A DNA stretch of 64,000 bases from an uncultured delta proteobacterium. GTDB lineage: Bacteria; Desulfobacterota; RBG-13-43-22. How positions within the stretch are numbered: position 1 is the first letter of the stretch; each line of letters opens with the position of its first letter. Below the pieces are notes generated by a model. It was given only the letters and a program-made list of their open reading frames with translations. It had not been told where the DNA came from and made no database searches. Where the stretch lies: contig CAWJJC010000022.1 of assembly GCA_963843145.1 (NCBI GenBank), positions 352,001-416,000 on the forward strand, read 5' to 3'. The translations under genes and the position numbers were made by a program. Below, one piece after another: positions 61,302-64,000 of the stretch.

Positions 61302-62768
61302 CTACTCGGCAATACGGATACTGACAAAGAGGTTGCTATCCCCTCTTTTTATCCGCAGCAACAAGGCGGTTCCTTTCTTTTGCCCGGCCATCAGATTTTC
61401 ATAAGACCTTAAGTCTCTGACCGGCTTGCGGTTAATCTCTTTGATTAAATCACCGGGCTGGATGCCGGCTTCGTCGGCCGGGCCGCCCTCTTTAACCTGG
61501 AGGACGATAACCCCGGGCTCATAATTGAGGCTGTAACGACGGGCCAGTTCCGGAGTGAATTCCTTTACCGATAATCCCAGGCCCTCTTTCGCCGGGCTGG
61601 GGCCGGCCTCCAAAGCTTTATCCTGCAGTTCCTGGATCTGGGCCTTGACCACTAAAGGTTCCCCGTTGCGCAGGACCTTGACGTCCACAGTTTTGCCCAC
61701 CGGGATGGCGGCCACCTGGCGCGGCAGTTCACTCATCTCCTGGATCGCCTTTCCGTTAAACTCGATAATGATATCACCGGCCTTGATCCCGGCCTTTTCC
61801 GCCGGGCTCCCGGAGATCACGTCACCCACCAGGGCCCCGGATTCTTGCTTCAGGTTAAAAGCCTTGGCCAGGTCCGGAGTTATCTTCTGAACATTAACGC
61901 CCAGCCAGCCTCGAACCACTTTACCTTTTTCTTTCAATTGGGATACCAGGTCCTTGGCCGTGTTGATCGGGATGGCGAACCCAATGCCCTGACCGCCGGC
62001 AAAAATGGCCGTGTTGATCCCCACCACTTCCCCTTTCAGGTTGATCAGCGGCCCGCCGCTGTTTCCCGGGTTGATGGAGGCATCGGTCTGAATGAAATTA
62101 TCATAAGGGCCCGCGCCGATCACCCGGCCCTTGGCGCTGACGATCCCGGCGGTAACCGTATTCTCCAAGCCGAAGGGGTTGCCGATGGCCACCACCCAGT
62201 CCCCAACCCGCAGTTCATCCGAATCGCCCAATTTGATGGTGGTAAGTCCTGTCCAGGACTTGATCTTGATCAGGGCCAGGTCGGTTTTGGCATCTCGTCC
62301 CACGACCTTGGCCTCGTAATCTTTATGATCTTTTAATATGACTTTAATTTCATCGGCATCATCGACCACATGATTATTGGTCAGGATGTACCCTTCATTG
62401 TCAATGATGAATCCGGAACCGAGGCTCTTTTGCTTGAACTCCCGCTGGGGCATCTCTCCCCCGAAAAAACGTTCAAAGAATTCATCCATGGGGTTCCGGC
62501 GTTCACCCCGGGGCCCCGAAAAGAATTCGTGTACCTGGCCGCCGCCCTTGACCCGCTTGACGGTGCTGACATTGACCACGGCGGGAGATACTTTCTGGGC
62601 TAATTCGGCAAAGGTGGGAACCCCGCCGACGATGGGGATTTCGCTCTTGGCCGACAGGGGGTAGGTCCAATTGAGATTGGCGGCAATAATCAGTCCGGCG
62701 ATTACGGACAATACCGAAACCCCGGCTAACGTCCAGATATAACGATGTTTGGCAAATGGCTTAGCCAT
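61302..62768 (-). CDS. DegP/DegQ (HtrA) serine endoprotease with two PDZ domains
   Basis: SLGSGF, TNNHVV, TDLAL, QTDASINPGNSGGPL, PDZ x2. Confidence 0.95.
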   Translation of the reverse strand: MAKPFAKHRYIWTLAGVSVLSVIAGLIIAANLNWTYPLSAKSEIPIVGGVPTFAELAQKVSPAVVNVSTVKRVKGGGQVHEFFSGPRGERRNPMDEFFERFFGGEMPQREFKQKSLGSGFIIDNEGYILTNNHVVDDADEIKVILKDHKDYEAKVVGRDAKTDLALIKIKSWTGLTTIKLGDSDELRVGDWVVAIGNPFGLENTVTAGIVSAKGRVIGAGPYDNFIQTDASINPGNSGGPLINLKGEVVGINTAIFAGGQGIGFAIPINTAKDLVSQLKEKGKVVRGWLGVNVQKITPDLAKAFNLKQESGALVGDVISGSPAEKAGIKAGDIIIEFNGKAIQEMSELPRQVAAIPVGKTVDVKVLRNGEPLVVKAQIQELQDKALEAGPSPAKEGLGLSVKEFTPELARRYSLNYEPGVIVLQVKEGGPADEAGIQPGDLIKEINRKPVRDLRSYENLMAGQKKGTALLLRIKRGDSNLFVSIRIAE

Positions 62769-62803
62769 ACGCTGCTTCCTCCTCTGGTACAATTATAATT
62801 TAA

Positions 62804-63193
62804 TTAAGAAGCCCGGATAAAGCACATGCGCAAGTCGTACAACATGCTTTCCAGAAGCTTCTGTTCCTCTTCGTTGAGATTCCCTTTAGATTTTTCCTGA
62901 AGCATGGCCAGGGTATCGATGGCGTGCTTGGCCAGGGGCAAATTCTTCTGGCGCTCTCCAGTGCCCGGATGGGCGATTTCTCCCAAGTGGAAGAGGACCT
63001 CCGTGCTGAGGGAAATGATAAAAGTGGAAAAATTGACTTCCGGTAAAGGGGGATAAGCCTGATCATCTGTTTTTTCTTCCTGGGTCTGGACAGGTTCTTC
63101 CCGGGGTTTTTCTTCCTTAACAGGTTCCTCGTCTTCCTGGGAGAGTTTTCTTCGATCCTTAAAAACGAACCCCTTGTCCTCTGATTCCGTCAT
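62804..63193 (-). CDS. DUF1844 family protein
   Basis: FSTFIISL...LGEI...LAKHAIDTL.ML.EK.KGNL..EE..LL...LYDLRM. Confidence 0.85.
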   Translation of the reverse strand: MTESEDKGFVFKDRRKLSQEDEEPVKEEKPREEPVQTQEEKTDDQAYPPLPEVNFSTFIISLSTEVLFHLGEIAHPGTGERQKNLPLAKHAIDTLAMLQEKSKGNLNEEEQKLLESMLYDLRMCFIRAS

Positions 63194-63363
63194 AGTCCTT
63201 ATTGCCTCCTTTAGTCGGATTTCCATTTATTTGGACTAATGTTAACCATTTCCCGTTATAAAATCAATGCCCCCAAATAATTGACACCGTTAACAGGTTC
63301 GGGTTAAAATGGATTTAAGATCTTAACCCTTTAACATTTAGATAAAAATAGTCGATAAAAAAA

Positions 63364-63585
63364 ATGGGCCCTTTCGCCGGTATAGGAAAGCTACTGATTC
63401 TGATGGGGATTATCCTGATCGTTTTCGGCGGGATTCTTGTTTTTCTCCCTAAAATTCCGTGGTTGGGGAAATTACCCGGTGATTTATTCTTTAAAGGTGA
63501 AAGGGTCAGTTTCTATTTTCCTTTAACCACCTCTATCCTCATCAGCCTGCTGTTAACCCTGCTATTGGCCCTTTTTCGCCGTTGA
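63364..63585 (+). CDS. DUF2905 family membrane protein
   Basis: GKLLI..G...WLGKLPGD...FYFPLTTSILIS. Confidence 0.85.
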   Translation: MGPFAGIGKLLILMGIILIVFGGILVFLPKIPWLGKLPGDLFFKGERVSFYFPLTTSILISLLLTLLLALFRR

Positions 63586-63593
63586 ACTCCCTT

Positions 63594-64000
63594 TTAATTT
63601 GATTTTTTTGGGGGATATTGCCCATAGCGTTCCACGATACGGCGGATAATCTCCGTGGTGGAGATGCCGCCCAACAGCGCCACCCGGAAAACTCGACCCC
63701 CGTAAGAGCGGACCAACCCAGCCCCGATAATATCGTTCTCCGCCCAATCCGCCCCTTTAACCAGGACATCGGGTTTAATGGCCTCAATCAAGGTCAAAGG
63801 GTCCGGTTCCTCAAAAAAAACTACGTAGGAAACGCAACTCAAGGCGGCCAGCACCTCGGCCCGCTGCTCTTCGGGAATGAGAGGCCGATGAGGATCTTTA
63901 ATCCGGTTGACCGACCGGTCGGTGTTCAGACCCACGATCAGGCAATCTCCCTGGGCGCGGGCCTCGGTCAGGTAGCGGACATGGCCGGCATGGAGCAAAT
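63594..64000 (-). CDS. rfaE2: D-glycero-beta-D-manno-heptose 1-phosphate adenylyltransferase (5' end outside window)
   Basis: LHAGHVRYL..A...GD.LIVGLN.D.SV, PDVLVKGADW, ISTTEII. Confidence 0.9.
   Translation of the reverse strand, partial: LLHAGHVRYLTEARAQGDCLIVGLNTDRSVNRIKDPHRPLIPEEQRAEVLAALSCVSYVVFFEEPDPLTLIEAIKPDVLVKGADWAENDIIGAGLVRSYGGRVFRVALLGGISTTEIIRRIVERYGQYPPKKSN

Overview
Chromosomal window from an anaerobic bacterium, most likely Desulfobacterota (deltaproteobacterium). This is inferred from ahbC, the atpZ-I-B-E-rex arrangement, class III RNR and rRNA context. It opens with an rrn operon (16S 3' end, tRNA-Ile, tRNA-Ala, 23S, 5S). Housekeeping genes follow: trmO, a ClpX-like ATPase, ahbC, pdxA, uvrA, rex/atp F0, TAXI-TRAP plus acyl-CoA ligase, serA and nrdDG. 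Next come a sigma54/IHF-controlled FN3/InlB-repeat surface protein, a group II intron relic and dapA. A ~16.5 kb TetR-linked catabolic cluster (Liv-type ABC, B12 mutase, hydantoinase A/B, PaaK-like ligase, Mo-hydroxylase) has an enzyme set matching the anaerobic indoleacetate (iaa) pathway. A low-GC patch of antitoxins with truncated toxins follows, then galT-glgA-HK-RR and the ispE-tRNA-Gln-prs-rplY-pth block. The most striking unannotated signal is three small ORFs with in-frame UGA codons that look like cryptic selenoproteins. Two are in tandem, each with a well-placed SECIS-like hairpin, behind a Fur-like box. Several single-base frameshifts (nrdD, MBL hydrolase, 2Fe-2S subunit) look like assembly errors. 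All calls are by eye; no database searches were run.
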